Below, one piece after another: positions 46,759 through 58,936 of a stretch of DNA of 64,000 bases. Origin of the DNA: Alphaproteobacteria bacterium. GTDB lineage: Bacteria > Pseudomonadota > Alphaproteobacteria > Bin95. The DNA lies in NCBI GenBank assembly GCA_965205265.1, contig CBDBGH010000001.1, forward strand, positions 64,001-128,000, written 5' to 3'. The position numbers and the translations under genes were made by a program. Below the pieces are notes generated by a model. That model searched no databases, was not told where the DNA came from, and saw nothing but the letters and a program-made list of their open reading frames with translations. The number at the start of each line of letters is the position of its first letter. Position 1 is the first letter of the stretch.

Positions 46759-47400
46759 GACGTTCTCTATCCCTGTATTGCAGGGACAGATTATAGGAGA
46801 GTGCCGGGCTCGTCAACAACTGTTTCGGCACTTTCCTGCATAATTCCCAATCGGAAAGGTGCATGGCAACCCCGTCTTCAGTCACGCGGAATGCCGTCGG
46901 ATGATCTGGTTTTCAAGGTTGCTGGCGAGGATTCCATCGGCATTCTCACGCGCCCACGCGGGGTCATTCGATGCCGCCCCAGTCCCCCGCGGCGCGCTCG
47001 ATCATCTGCCTGTCGGTGCGGGCGAAGGCCCAGTCCAGCCCCCTGCCGCAGATCTGGAGCTCCTCGACGGCGAACCGCTGCCGCTCCGGTGCCAGGCCCC
47101 GCCACCACTCCAGTGCCTCGGGATGGACCGCCTCGCCCGGCTGCGCCAGAGCGTCTCCATATGTCTCGGGTCAAGGTGCGGATGCTCGCATCGGAACGTC
47201 TCCAGTGTCTTCGGCGTCAGGCGGCGGTCGCGAGGCTGGAACTCCTTCCTGACATGTCGGGGGCCGTCGGTGTAGCCGGTCACCGTCCTTATCTGGCGGC
47301 GGCTGTCGTCATCCGGGGCGCCCCGCAGGTCCGCGTCCATATTGTAACCCGTTGGATTCCACGCTTTGACATATGCCCGGTTGACTACTATAGTGTTCAC

Positions 47401-47698
47401 ATTATCGAAGTGATCCGAAGCGGTGTCTTTGACGAATGGCTGTCCGGCCTGCGGGACCGTCGCGCGATGGTCCGGATCGCGGTGCGGCTTGACCGTCTCG
47501 CTTCGGGAAATCCCGGCGACACGGCGCCGGTCGGTGGCGGCGTTTCCGAACTCCGCATCGACTACGGGCCGGGTTATCGTGTATATTTCCTGCGTCGTGG
47601 AACCATCCCGCGCCGTCCTGCCCTGCGGCGGGGAGAAGGCATCTCAGGGCCGCGACATCAGGAAAGCCAGGTCACTCGCCGGAAACTGGAAGGATTGA
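47401..47698 (+). pseudogene. Addiction-module killer (HI1419/HigB-like), start codon apparently lost and frameshifted
   Basis: FDEWLSGLRD, GNPGD, GVSELRIDYGPGYRVYF. Confidence 0.8.
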
Positions 47699-47701
47699 GC
47701 G

Positions 47702-48019
47702 ATGCATGAAGTGACGTTCGCCCGATACGACACGGCCGACTACCTCAGGACCGAGGAGGATGTGGCTGCCTATCTTGAAGCGGTGATGGAGGAAGGCGGC
47801 GATGATCCGGCCTTCGTTGCCCGTGCGCTCGGAACGGTGGCCCGGGCACGGAACATGACCGCCCTCGCGGAGGAGATCGGAATGAGCCGCACCGGGCTGA
47901 ACAGGGCGCTTTCGGGAGCGGGCAATCCCACCCTCGCCACGGTCCTGAAGGTTGCCGGGGCGCTCGGCCTCAGGGTCTCGTTCCAGCCACATGCCGCGGG
48001 AGCGCCCGGAGGAAGCTGA
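47702..48019 (+). CDS. Addiction-module antidote (HI1420/HigA-like)
   Basis: YDTADYL, AAYLEA, ALG.VARAR.M, ALSG.GNPTL.TVLKV. Confidence 0.88.
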   Translation: MHEVTFARYDTADYLRTEEDVAAYLEAVMEEGGDDPAFVARALGTVARARNMTALAEEIGMSRTGLNRALSGAGNPTLATVLKVAGALGLRVSFQPHAAGAPGGS

Positions 48020-48589
48020 ACCTGTTGTGTGGGTTCGTGTGCGTATGGCCCGCAGGACCTGCCCGAAGGAGGTTACGGATCATGGGCGGAACCGGAATCG
48101 GGACCGCCCCCGACGACGACCCCCCATAAGCGTCAACCTGTTTGCATCGGCCTTTTGCCGTGCCATTCTGCCGCATCCGACCTTTTGGGGAGCGGCAAAG
48201 CATGAACGGGGACTGGGATCCGCTGTTGGAGTTTTTCCCTCCCGGCCGGGAGGGGCTGGCGGCCGGGTCCGGTGCGCTGAAGGGACTGCGCAGGGACAGA
48301 TCGGCGGAGAATCCCCTGCGTACCCTGCCGCTGCATCCCGGCTGCGGCCATTCGCTGCGCGGGACCGCGCTCCGGTCCCGCCGGGACGGGCTGGCCGGTC
48401 TTTCGCCGGTGGCGTTGAGGAAGCGTGTCGCCAGGTCCGGTCCCTGGCCTCTTTCGCCTGGGAATTGCATACTGAAATTGACAAACACCACATGTTGTGT
48501 TTTATCAATCAAAATATGTGCGTCAATTCCCTTATATGGTATGCTGTAAAGTTGGGTATGCAATCCCCAAAAATATGGTTGTCACGACA

Positions 48590-49121
48590 GCCGGTCTCCG
48601 CGCTGAGGCGTCCCCGGATGCGCGCGTCCTCCGCCCCGAAGTCCAGGATCCGGTCGGCGAACACCAGCAGGGTGCGGTCGAGCCGGAGCCGCAGGCCGCG
48701 GGCGGAGTCCCGATTCCGGCGCCTCTGCCGCTGGATGCCGCGCTCGACCCCGCCCACTGTGACGGCGCTGATGTAGAGGCTGTCCTCCGGCCTGTCGCGC
48801 AGGAACGCCGCGACCTGCGGCGCCCGTTCCGGCCTCTGCGCGGCCGGGGAGCACATCGGTGTCGGTCACATACACCCGGAACTCCACATCGCGGGGCGTG
48901 ACCTGCGCCCGCTCCACCCCAGGGGTCGGGAATGCCAGCAGGTGCCCGGCGAAGCTCTCCCTGCGCTCCACCGCGCCGTCCAGCAGCTGCCGGTAATCGG
49001 TGGTGCCGGGAACCACCACCGCCGGTCTGCCGCGGCGGCTCACCTACTGCGGCCCGCCGGCCAGCGCCGCCGCCGCCACGGCGGAGAATCTGTTCTTCGC
49101 GCCCTGCAGGGTCCAGGTCAT
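48590..49121 (-). pseudogene. Third degenerate Phd-VapC copy, toxin 3'-truncated
   Basis: Homologous to repeats A and B but retains a segment (RGLRLRLDRT) missing from both. Confidence 0.85.
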
Positions 49122-49148
49122 GTTCACCTCCGAAATCCATCTGGCTAT

Positions 49149-49186
49149 GTGACCGCTCCCCGTCCTTCAGGACGGGGAGCGGTCAC
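49149..49186. repeat. 38-bp palindrome (REP/PATE-like), copy 2
   Basis: GTGACCGCTCCCCGTCC-TTCA-GGACGGGGAGCGGTCAC. Confidence 0.7.
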
Positions 49187-49465
49187 TTCTGCTTCATCGC
49201 GGGAATTACGACAACCCGCAGCGGAGACCAGCGTTGGTTGACAATTCGCCTGGGCTTTACCGGATGCGCCGTCCGGTCGCGGGCTGACCGCGTCATCCCG
49301 GCATCAATGACCCTGTGCGCCGCCGACGCGGTCGATGCGAAGCGCCGTATGGCGCACCAGCACATCAAAATCGCTGTCGCGGTGAAGCACCTGCGCGTCC
49401 ACGCGGATCGCAACCGCGGCGATGGGACAGTCAACCAGCCTGCGAACGGTCTCGTATGTTCAAAG

Positions 49466-50719
<1,254 letters not shown>

Positions 50720-51155
50720 CGCCCGGACGGACCGCCGCGGTCCGGCACCGAAACGAATCACCCGCGGGCCGGCCGGGGTCTCCCCGGCGGGCGTTTCCGG
50801 CGTGCCCGGATGGCACCGCCTGTGGGGAACGCTGTGGAAAGGTCCGGGACAGCCGGACGCGGAGCCCGGAAAAAATGGAAAAAAAGCCGGATCCGGGCTT
50901 GAATTCCAATATGGATGCTCTCCCCTGCGACGGCAAAGGCGATGGAGGGCGGCCGCCTCCTCATGGTCCGCCGGTCCAGTCGGAGCGGTCAGCGGAGGTC
51001 GCGCAGATGCCCCTCGTCCCTGGCACCGGCAAGAACCTCCATGCGAATGGCGTCACAGACGGCGATGTCCGCCCCAAGGACCTTTCCGACACGCTCACAT
51101 ACCGGTGAACCCGTGTCGCGGAGGAATTCGATCCATGCGGACGTGTCGACCGGTA

Positions 51156-51359
51156 TCACGCCGTCCGGCCAGTCCGCATCTCTTCGAGATCGCCTTCCCA
51201 GCCCGCTCCCCGCATGCCGCGGGCCCTGTCGAGGCCGAGCCGCTCAGCCGCCGCCGCCCGCAACGCGAAATTGATGGCATCCCGCTTTGTCTTCAGGCAG
51301 TAGCGATGCATGACCGCCGCGCAGGCGTCGTCGTCGATATTCACGTTTGTGCGGGCCAT
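51156..51359 (-). CDS. vapB: VapB antitoxin
   Basis: MARTNVNIDD...TKRDAINFALR...GWEGDLEEMR; GTGA overlap with vapC. Confidence 0.85.
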   Translation of the reverse strand: MARTNVNIDDDACAAVMHRYCLKTKRDAINFALRAAAAERLGLDRARGMRGAGWEGDLEEMRTGRTA

Positions 51360-51564
51360 GTGCCAAACATGCACACACGAGGCAACCGTGCAAGCCGTTT
51401 CGATCCTGCTTCAGGCATGCAAAGGTCCTCTGTCGTTTGCGAAGTCCGGGTCACTCCACCTGGATACTTCGGCATATTCCCGTGACCGGTCCGCCGACGA
51501 CTTCGGACCTGGGATCATTGAGATCAAGCGCCCCGGACACAGACCTGGTACAGCACCGCGGTGT

Positions 51565-52560
51565 CTACGCCGCGGCGACCGCGAGTCCGGCGGAGCGGGC
51601 CCGCTCAGGCCGCAGCGCCGCGCCGAGCGCCTCGTAGTGGCCGTACCAGGGGGCCGGCGTTCCCAGTCGGGCGCCGTGCAGTTCGGCGATGCCCGCGGCG
51701 ATCTCCCCGGCCTTCGGGCCGTGGGCGGCGCGGAACGCCGCCGTGACGCGGCCCTCGGGCTGCCCGGCCATGGCGCGGATCTCCGTCGCGGAGAACGCCC
51801 TGTAGAGCCTGGTGGCCGTCCGCTCCCTGTCGCCGTCCTCCAGCTGCCCGGGCGAGGCCATGCTCCTGATGAGTTCCTCCCGTTCCCGCTGGAGGTCGGC
51901 GGGCGCCAGCGGCGGCGAACCGTAGCCGAGCGCCTCGGCCATCGCCTTTCCCAGAAGCCTGTCCCGGTCGGTCGTGGCGGCGGCCTGGGCGGCGGCGGCA
52001 AGCCTCTCAAGCCCCGTGGGCTCCGCTTCCTTTCCGGCGGCGCGCCGGATCCCCTCGGCGTGCAGCGCCCGCCACTCGTCGAGTTTCCCGTGCTGGATGA
52101 AGAACGGTTCCCCCTGGAAGCGGGCCGTCTCCGCCGCGATGGCGTTGTCGGGATCGAGCCGGGTGACGGCGTCCACGCGGAGGTCGGCCGCCGCCCGGGC
52201 CGCCGCGATCCGCCTAGCCCCGTCCATCCCGCGCCCGTCCATCGGCCGCCCGTCTGAGGCGAGCACCCGGACCAGCTCGCTCTCGAGGTCCATGCCATGG
52301 ACCGGGTTCGCCGAATCCACCCGCTCGGTTACGAGGCACGCGAGCAGGCGGGCGGTGGTCCCGTATTCGCGGACCGCGTCGGCGCGCTGCCGCCGGCGTT
52401 GGGTTTCCGCATCGGGTTCCGCCAGCGCCGCCGTCCGACGCGGTGGAGGGGCAGGGGAGGCGCTGCGGCCCGCGCCGGTCCGTCCCTGCTCCCACCATCT
52501 TCCGGGAGGGACATCGGCCCAGGTGTGGATTTCCCGCCGCTCCCACTCCGCCTCCCGCAA
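51565..52560 (-). CDS. HTWADVPP-motif protein fused to a TraA C-terminal-like domain
   Basis: AAETARFQGEP...DEWR...PTGLERL...RLYRAFSATEIRAMA...APW aligns with the last part of TraA; RBS ggagg, TTG start. Confidence 0.8.
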   Translation of the reverse strand: MREAEWERREIHTWADVPPGRWWEQGRTGAGRSASPAPPPRRTAALAEPDAETQRRRQRADAVREYGTTARLLACLVTERVDSANPVHGMDLESELVRVLASDGRPMDGRGMDGARRIAAARAAADLRVDAVTRLDPDNAIAAETARFQGEPFFIQHGKLDEWRALHAEGIRRAAGKEAEPTGLERLAAAAQAAATTDRDRLLGKAMAEALGYGSPPLAPADLQREREELIRSMASPGQLEDGDRERTATRLYRAFSATEIRAMAGQPEGRVTAAFRAAHGPKAGEIAAGIAELHGARLGTPAPWYGHYEALGAALRPERARSAGLAVAAA

Positions 52561-52566
52561 CGCCTC

Positions 52567-53037
52567 CTAGCGCTCGATCCAGCGGTTGAGCGCGGCCATC
52601 GCGCCCGGCAGGGACTGGGCGAGGAACCGGCCCTCGTCCCGCGACAGCGGCATCACCGTCAGCCCCCGACCCGGTGCCGCCGAGTGGAAGATCAGTTCGG
52701 GAGTCCCCTCGGCGACGGAAACGCACAGGCGCACCTTCGTCTGGCCAAGGTCGGCGTCGGTGTCCCATGGAAGGTCGGCTGGGCCGTCCGCCCGGGCGGA
52801 CCGGTCGCTGGCCTCCGCGCCGGGCTGGCTCCAGCTCCCGGCCGCCGCCACGGCGGCCGGCAGGGCGTCGGCGAGGAAGCCGGATTCCTCGAGCGACAGG
52901 GTAACCGACCGCTCGCCGCCGACAGCGGCCGAATCGAACGCCATCCCCGCCCCGCCGTCCCCATCGACGGCGCGGAGGCTAAGTCTGGTGCCGCCGATAC
53001 TGGCCTGTGTCTTCCATCTGAAGGTGTCCGCGTCCAC
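52567..53037 (-). CDS. Hypothetical protein with a tandemly duplicated small domain
   Basis: SLEESGFLADALPAAVAA and SRDEGRFLAQSLPGAMAA; RBS gggagga. Confidence 0.65.
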   Translation of the reverse strand: MDADTFRWKTQASIGGTRLSLRAVDGDGGAGMAFDSAAVGGERSVTLSLEESGFLADALPAAVAAAGSWSQPGAEASDRSARADGPADLPWDTDADLGQTKVRLCVSVAEGTPELIFHSAAPGRGLTVMPLSRDEGRFLAQSLPGAMAALNRWIER

Positions 53038-53057
53038 CGCGTCCTCCCTTCCGTTCC

Positions 53058-53342
53058 CTACGCCGCTGCGCCGCCGGACTCCGGCGGCCGGTCGGGCCCC
53101 GTATGGACGGCCATCGCCTCCGCCAGCGCCTTCCCCCCCTCCACGAACATCTCGATCGTGAACCGGAGCGCCTCGGGTTCCGAGGACTCCACCGTGAAGG
53201 TGCATCTGTGGCAGGTGGCCTCCACACCGTCGAACGCCCCCCCATGGCCGATGGCCAGCGCCGTCTCGACGCCCTGGCCGTCGCAGATCGGGCACCGGCG
53301 CAGGTCCGCGGGCCACAGGGCGATTTCGTCCGGGTCGTTCAC
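53058..53342 (-). CDS. Small zinc-ribbon protein
   Basis: CPICDG...CHRC; GTG start after ggaga. Confidence 0.55.
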   Translation of the reverse strand: MNDPDEIALWPADLRRCPICDGQGVETALAIGHGGAFDGVEATCHRCTFTVESSEPEALRFTIEMFVEGGKALAEAMAVHTGPDRPPESGGAAA

Positions 53343-53439
53343 GATGTGTTCTCCGTTCCATTGGGTTCGTACACGTCGTGATCCCGGTCCGCAAGGCCCT
53401 CCGGCCGCGCGTTCCCGACCTGTCCTGCCTTCGCGATGG

Positions 53440-53675
53440 AAATGGCCGACCCCGCGCTTCGGGGCGAAATCCCGTGAGACCAGAAAATCCAGATTCTCCG
53501 ACAGCCGTGGCGAGCCCCAGGACAGGTGCAGGTTGGTGCCACCATGGAAGACGACATGGTCCAGCGACAGGGTGGCGGACATCGACAGGGCATCGATGAA
53601 CAGGACATGAAGCATGGAGGTCCAGTTCCGCGCCTCGTCCTCCTCCAACGGGCGCCGTTGTTTACGGATGGCCAT
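53440..53675 (-). pseudogene. AbiEii-like nucleotidyltransferase 5' fragment
   Basis: FHGGTNL...PRLSENLDF (canonical SEDLDF). Confidence 0.7.
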
Positions 53676-53870
53676 GAAGCTTTTTTCCTAACATATAGGT
53701 TAGGTTATTGAGACCAGCGGGAACCGGAAATCCCCGCCGTCAGCTGGTCTGCCACAGGCCCTGCATCCGTGCTGCGGATATCCCCGGTCCCCGGCAACAG
53801 CCTGACCGACCGGTTCCTCTCCGCGTTGGTATGGGGAGTGGACGGCTTTGCGTTTCGGTGTGGAAATGGG

Positions 53871-54104
53871 CTATAGTTCCAGCGCCTTGCGCAGGAGCGC
53901 GTTCGCCCGTGTCTGCCATCCGCGGCCGTCGGCCTTAAGGTGATCGATGACGTCAGGGTCGAGCATCATGGTAACACGGCGCTTGCGCTGGCCGGGTGGC
54001 ATGGGAGGCCGCCCGGGGCGGATCGCATGCTTCAGGTCCGCTTCGGTGATCTCACGCACCTCGCCGTCCTCGCCGACCAGCGGCGCCCGTTCAGTGCCCT
54101 TCAT
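53871..54104 (-). CDS. brnA: BrnA antitoxin
   Basis: GRPP...K.RVT.MLDPDVI...GRGWQTRANALLR. Confidence 0.9.
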   Translation of the reverse strand: MKGTERAPLVGEDGEVREITEADLKHAIRPGRPPMPPGQRKRRVTMMLDPDVIDHLKADGRGWQTRANALLRKALEL

Positions 54105-54357
54105 GGATCTTCCTTTCCCGTCTGTTCGCCCTTCTCATGGAGATCACGCGAAGCGCGTCTCCCCGGAACGTGAACGCCACGACGACCACAAGGTCGTGCA
54201 GGCGGCCAAGGCAGACCTGACGCCTCTCGCCGTAGTCCTTCCGCCCATCGTCGAGGATGATCGCCGTTTCCCAGTCGATCAGCGCCACATCGGCGAAATC
54301 GAGGCCGCGCTCCCGCAGCGTCGCCTGCCGCTTCGTTTCGTCCCAGTCGAGCTTCAT
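54091..54357 (-). CDS. brnT: BrnT toxin
   Basis: WDETK...RGLDF, DYGERR, RVISMRRANRRE. Confidence 0.9.
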   Translation of the reverse strand: MKLDWDETKRQATLRERGLDFADVALIDWETAIILDDGRKDYGERRQVCLGRLHDLVVVVAFTFRGDALRVISMRRANRRERKIHEGH

Positions 54358-54433
54358 GGAGTTGTTATATGCATATTAAATCAGGTCTGCAAGCGCCCAG
54401 GGAACCGCATGGCAACTCCAGGTGTTGCGTCAC

Positions 54434-54530
54434 CCATATTTTTGCCACCCGCGGTTTTCAATCCCTTGATTCCGAGCAATAAAAAATATAGACTGGCCGA
54501 CCTGCTCTCCACCGGCACTCGCCCCGCTTT
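54434..54530. repeat. Non-coding element repeated at 58644-58740
   Basis: ccatattttt.ccacc.gcggtttt...ttgatt...aaaaaatat...gacc.gc.ctccacc shared by both. Confidence 0.6.
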
Positions 54531-54784
54531 TCCACAGCTTTCCGACCGAATTCGCCAGTCCGGCAGGAGATCCAGACCGGAACGTCCCGGTTTCTTGGCG
54601 CTTCACCCGCCCGCTCTGATCCCGGAAAGGATGTCCGGCGAATCAGTCCCGTCCCGGACAGCCCCTTGACGTCGGCGCATATCCTGTCCAGACTGGCGTC
54701 ATGATTTCGGTCGTATCTTTTCTTATTCCATCCCCGCTGCTATCGCGGGCCGCGGCTCGCGCTTCAGTGACGGAGACACCTGAC

Positions 54785-55030
54785 ATGCGCCGTCCGCGCA
54801 TCCTGGCGATGGTTTTGCCACTGGCTCTGGCACTGGCGACGGGTGCCGCCCGGGCGGATCTCAACCGGCTGGAACGTCTGGCGGTATATCAGTCCGGCTA
54901 TGTCCTCGACCACGACCATCTGCGGGCGGTGTTCTACGCCCCTCAGGGCATGTTCTGGATACTGCCTCCGGAGGGGACACAGGCTTCCCACAGGTTCTTC
55001 GAGGTGCTCCGAACGGAACGCTCGTTGTGA
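54785..55030 (+). CDS. Small exported protein or fragment
   Basis: Signal peptide MRRPRILAMVLPLALALATGAARA. Confidence 0.45.
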   Translation: MRRPRILAMVLPLALALATGAARADLNRLERLAVYQSGYVLDHDHLRAVFYAPQGMFWILPPEGTQASHRFFEVLRTERSL

Positions 55031-55322
55031 CAAAGCGGCGTTCCGCGATCCAGGCGCGAGCCAACGCGGCAGGATCGGGTCAACACTGATGGATGTGTTC
55101 GCCCTCCTTGTCGGTCTGGTCGCTGGAGGGCTGGCTTTGCGCAGCGACGACAACGGGTCAGTGCCGGATAGAGCTTCAAGTGAGCCGACGGAGGCACCAA
55201 TCCCCGCCACGCGGCGGCGTGATCAACCAACTTGGGCTACACCCATTTGCGAATGGCGGCTTGACCCCCCCCCCCAATAGTGCAGCACTGGGATCGCTGA
55301 CTAGGGTAAGGGGCGAGATATT

Positions 55323-57365
55323 ATGGATTTCCGAATGGCATTCGCGGGGTTTGTCCGCAAGGCCGCCGCGGCGGCCTTCGTGGTGGCGGTGGCGGCAGTA
55401 TTGTCATCTTGCGGCGGCGGGGGAGACCTGCCGACCCCACAAATCGATTCTCAGCGCGCTTCGGCACAAGCTCAGCTGACTGCCTTGCGGAGCGCCCACG
55501 GAGAGGCCGTCCGGGCTTTGGCCCGGCTGAAGACCGGCACAGGCGCCGCCACCCGAGCGGAAATCGCGGCCGCCGAAGCGGCGGTCCGGGCGCTGGACGC
55601 CGCGCTCGCGGCGGCCGTGGATGTCGCTGGCGCGGACCGCGCTCGGTACGGATCGACCCAGCTCAAGGCCGATCTGGCGGCGGTGAAAGCCGAGGCGCGG
55701 GAAAACATCCGGGGGCAAGAGGATGAGAGGCGACGCCAGAGACAGGCGGCGGCAGTTGATGCGGCCGCGGAGGCATTGAGTGATGCGTCTGAGCGTCTGC
55801 GCAGCCTTGGCGACAATGCGAGTTATGCGGAGATCACTGATGTCGAAACCGCGTTGGCATACCTGGAGACTCAAATCACCGCCGCCGCCGATTGGTCAGA
55901 TGACGCAAAGGATAGTTGGCGCGCGCCATTAGCAGGTGTAAGGCCCCGGCTTTCACGTCAAAGAGCGGCGTTGCTGGCAAGAACGCGCGCAAGAGACAGC
56001 TCTCGGAACTTTCGTCCAAGGGAGCGAGGGTGGTCCTATGGTCCGGCTTGGCAGCATAAGTCACCCGCAATCGACGACTTGTCCAGAGTTTCCAGTCGCG
56101 GTGGCATTGAGATCCGATCAGGTCGTTGGCGCGACCGGCAAGGTCGGGACGGCAGCGTCAGCGCCGCCCGATTGGCCGAATATTTCAACTCGGTTGCGCG
56201 GGTTGAACTTCGGGAAGAAGGTGATGTGATCAGGGCTAGGGATTTCGGCTCCTACAGGCGTGTCCGAGTGAACGACAATGCCACATCAGAGCAGCGTGCC
56301 GCTCTCGATAGAGCGATACAAAACATCAACGAAGTGCTGCCGTATGAAAAAGAGCTACGGCGGGGTTCGGATATCCCACGATTAATCGGCCCGATCAGCG
56401 GCGACGATTTGTATGACAGCCTCAAGGATGGAGAGATTCATATACACTTTACGGACGGACAACGGAACTGGCCGTACGATTGGGACAATTACGATGCCGC
56501 GGGCTTCGGCGGCGTGCAGACCACCTGTTTGGACCAGGATTGTTTGCAGACAAGGATCAAGACGGGCTATGCCTTAATTGACTGGAGCACTCGAAACGAC
56601 AAGGACGATCTTGTCACGCATGAGCTGCTCCATGCTCTCGGGATCTCAGGTCATGTCGAAGTCAGCCGCTTTCCCGACGCGATCCTCGCGCACCAAAACC
56701 AGGACGGCACCACATTGGATGTTTCCAGCACCGTGGAAGGAAAGGTCCTATTGGCCATCGCGACGAACCGGGTGGCGAACGGCACCCGATGGGCCGATGT
56801 CACTCCATCCAGCTTCGGGAATTGGGAGCGGGATGCGTTCCATCTCCTCGGCTGGGCGGACACCGGCAACGGGAGCGGAGACATCCAGTTCGGGGTCAGC
56901 TGGGCGAACGGACTCGCAACACCCTGGGCATTCGGCCATGCGAGACCGACTCGGCGGCTGCAAGACAATGCCGCATTCGGCGGCCGCGCCACATGGAACG
57001 GCGTTTTGCTGGCCGTCGACACCAAGGGTGAAGGTTCGGGCCGTACTGTGGCTGGCGACACCGAGATTTCGATTGAATTTTCGTCCCTCCAAGGCCGGGC
57101 GGATTTCACCGGGTTGGAATCCTGGTCCCCAGGAAGCCATCCGGGAACAGCCGCCAACGGCGAAATCTGGGGAGACGGCGACCTCGGATATTCCATCGAA
57201 GTACGCAATCAGGGTGATTTACAGTTCTTTTCCAGCACCAACGTTTCGTCAGCGGATGACCCGGGCGTTGTCAGCGGTTTGTTTGTTGGAACATCCCACC
57301 AAGGCACGACGGGAACCCTCGAGCATCCCGGGCTGATTGGCGCCTTCGGAGCTCTTCGGGAGTGA
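55323..57365 (+). CDS. Lipoprotein with a metzincin-type Zn-protease motif and a TbpB-like C-terminal beta-barrel
   Basis: Lipobox LSSC-GGGG, coiled coil, HELLHALGISGH, C-terminal VSGLFVG..HQG..GTL...LIGAFGA.R. Confidence 0.75.
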   Translation: MDFRMAFAGFVRKAAAAAFVVAVAAVLSSCGGGGDLPTPQIDSQRASAQAQLTALRSAHGEAVRALARLKTGTGAATRAEIAAAEAAVRALDAALAAAVDVAGADRARYGSTQLKADLAAVKAEARENIRGQEDERRRQRQAAAVDAAAEALSDASERLRSLGDNASYAEITDVETALAYLETQITAAADWSDDAKDSWRAPLAGVRPRLSRQRAALLARTRARDSSRNFRPRERGWSYGPAWQHKSPAIDDLSRVSSRGGIEIRSGRWRDRQGRDGSVSAARLAEYFNSVARVELREEGDVIRARDFGSYRRVRVNDNATSEQRAALDRAIQNINEVLPYEKELRRGSDIPRLIGPISGDDLYDSLKDGEIHIHFTDGQRNWPYDWDNYDAAGFGGVQTTCLDQDCLQTRIKTGYALIDWSTRNDKDDLVTHELLHALGISGHVEVSRFPDAILAHQNQDGTTLDVSSTVEGKVLLAIATNRVANGTRWADVTPSSFGNWERDAFHLLGWADTGNGSGDIQFGVSWANGLATPWAFGHARPTRRLQDNAAFGGRATWNGVLLAVDTKGEGSGRTVAGDTEISIEFSSLQGRADFTGLESWSPGSHPGTAANGEIWGDGDLGYSIEVRNQGDLQFFSSTNVSSADDPGVVSGLFVGTSHQGTTGTLEHPGLIGAFGALRE

Positions 57366-57624
57366 CTCGATAGTCGATCAATGGCTGGGCCCAGGTCGGA
57401 ATCTTTGGTCGGGGCAAAGTGTATCATTCCGAGTCCCATTGGAAGAACCCAGCCCAGCGGCCGTTCCCGACAGGCGTTGACGAGACAGAGCAGCATCCGC
57501 GTCCGCAGCCTGTCCGCGATTGCCGGGACAGCCGAGACGCACGAACCCAAACCGTCCTTGCCCCCATATCTCAAGCATCGGCAGGACAAACTCGCGGCGA
57601 ACAGGCACCGCCCCAATGATTCTG

Positions 57625-57875
57625 ACGTGTACCCCCTTTCCAACCTTGATGCGCGCCGCAGCCTCGCGAACGGCAAGACCTTTTTCGATCGGCGTCTTCG
57701 CCCGTGCCAGTCTTTCAGCCGTGACGACAGCCTTGCGTCCACCTTTTCTTTCGCGCACGGCGGCGGCACCCAGGCCAGCGCGAGTTCTCTCCCGGATGAG
57801 GTCGCGTTCGAACCGGGCAAGGGCACCGAACAGGTGACCCATGCCGCGGTCCGGGAGACCGGCGGTGGTGGGTAT
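57625..57875 (-). pseudogene. Serine resolvase C-terminal fragment
   Basis: LFGALARFERDLIRERTRAGL.AA..R.RKGGR...AAARIKVGK. Confidence 0.8.
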
Positions 57876-58445
57876 TCCGAGGCCAGGGCACAGTTCGAGG
57901 GGAACCCGGACTATCCGGAGATGGATCGCCAGGACGCCTACGAGGCTGCCATCCGGGACGGCCTTCGCCGCCTCGACGAAACTGTACCCGTTCCCTCGGA
58001 GACCGAGCGTCGCGTGGCGCGCGCCGTGGTCGCGACACGGGGCACCGGGCGGCACGGGCTGGCGCTGGCCCCTGCGCAGGCGCTGGAGCGTGGGACGCCG
58101 CCGACCGCGGACAGCATCCGTAGGGAGCGGGATGCCGTCATGGGGCAGCTGCGGGATGGCACGGAGATTGTTGACCCATACGAGGGGCGGCCGTTCCTGC
58201 GACGGGTCTACCGCAGCTACATTGCCGCGGAGACCATCGAGATGTCGGAGGGGAGGGGACAGCTCCTCCGGCGCCTGGCCGACGGCGCGTCGCGGACGCG
58301 GGTCCGGGATAGGCTGTTGAGCCTGCACCGCGACGTCACCTATCCGGAGGCGTCTCCCTGGCGCCGACACCACGATGCCATCGCCCGCGCGGCCGGACTG
58401 GACCACCGCCACGAACGCGGCCTCGGCGTGGAGACCGACCTCTGA
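57876..58445 (+). pseudogene. 5'-truncated gene ending in the TraA C-terminal-like domain
   Basis: AQFEGNP...PSETERRVA...RRERD...RVYRSY.AAE...SPW.RHH...RGLGV. Confidence 0.65.
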
Positions 58446-58936
58446 GGAGCGTTCGCGCCTCCTGTCGCCAAGGCCATACCTTTCTGCGGCTGTCGTTCGA
58501 TCATGAGGCGGCTGGCATCCGAATGGCGCAAGAACCAAGTGGAAAGGGGAGCACCACGATGGATGAATCGAAAGTTCGTTGCGCTGGCTCTCCTTTGCCG
58601 CATCGGATAGTGTTTGAGTAGGATCACGCCGGTGTCGCGACAACCATATTTTTTCCACCTGCGGTTTTTCCACCCCGTTGATTTTACGAGACAAAAAATA
58701 TGGGCCGGTTGACCAGCCCTCCACCGCCATCCGCCTTGGGTTTTCCACAGAAAACCGCTTTTTCCACAGATTCCCGACCAAATCTGCCCGTTCGGCAGGA
58801 GGATTCTGGCCGGAACGCTCCGATTTTCCTGGAATCACCCGCCTGCATCGGTTCCGGAAAGGATGCCCGGCGACTTACCTATGCCCGGCAAAACGCCTGA
58901 CTTCAATCCATACCCTGTTCAGGGAAGGGACGGCGG

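Larger units (their letters stand above)
43863..46848 (-). mobile_element. IS1595-family transporter element carrying an RM operon
   Basis: About 45-bp imperfect terminal IRs (GGGA(A)TTATGYAGGAAAGTGCCGAAAYAGTTGTTGACG); direct repeat AATCGGAA at 43855-62 and 46849-56. Confidence 0.88.

Noticed and set aside
46860-47390. Short ORFs between IS1595 and the killer gene
   Set aside because: Fragmentary, with no motif I can support
48100-48460. Possible second oriT (gccattct...gccgcatc resembles 7290-7309)
   Set aside because: The match is short and lacks the hairpin-plus-nic sequence
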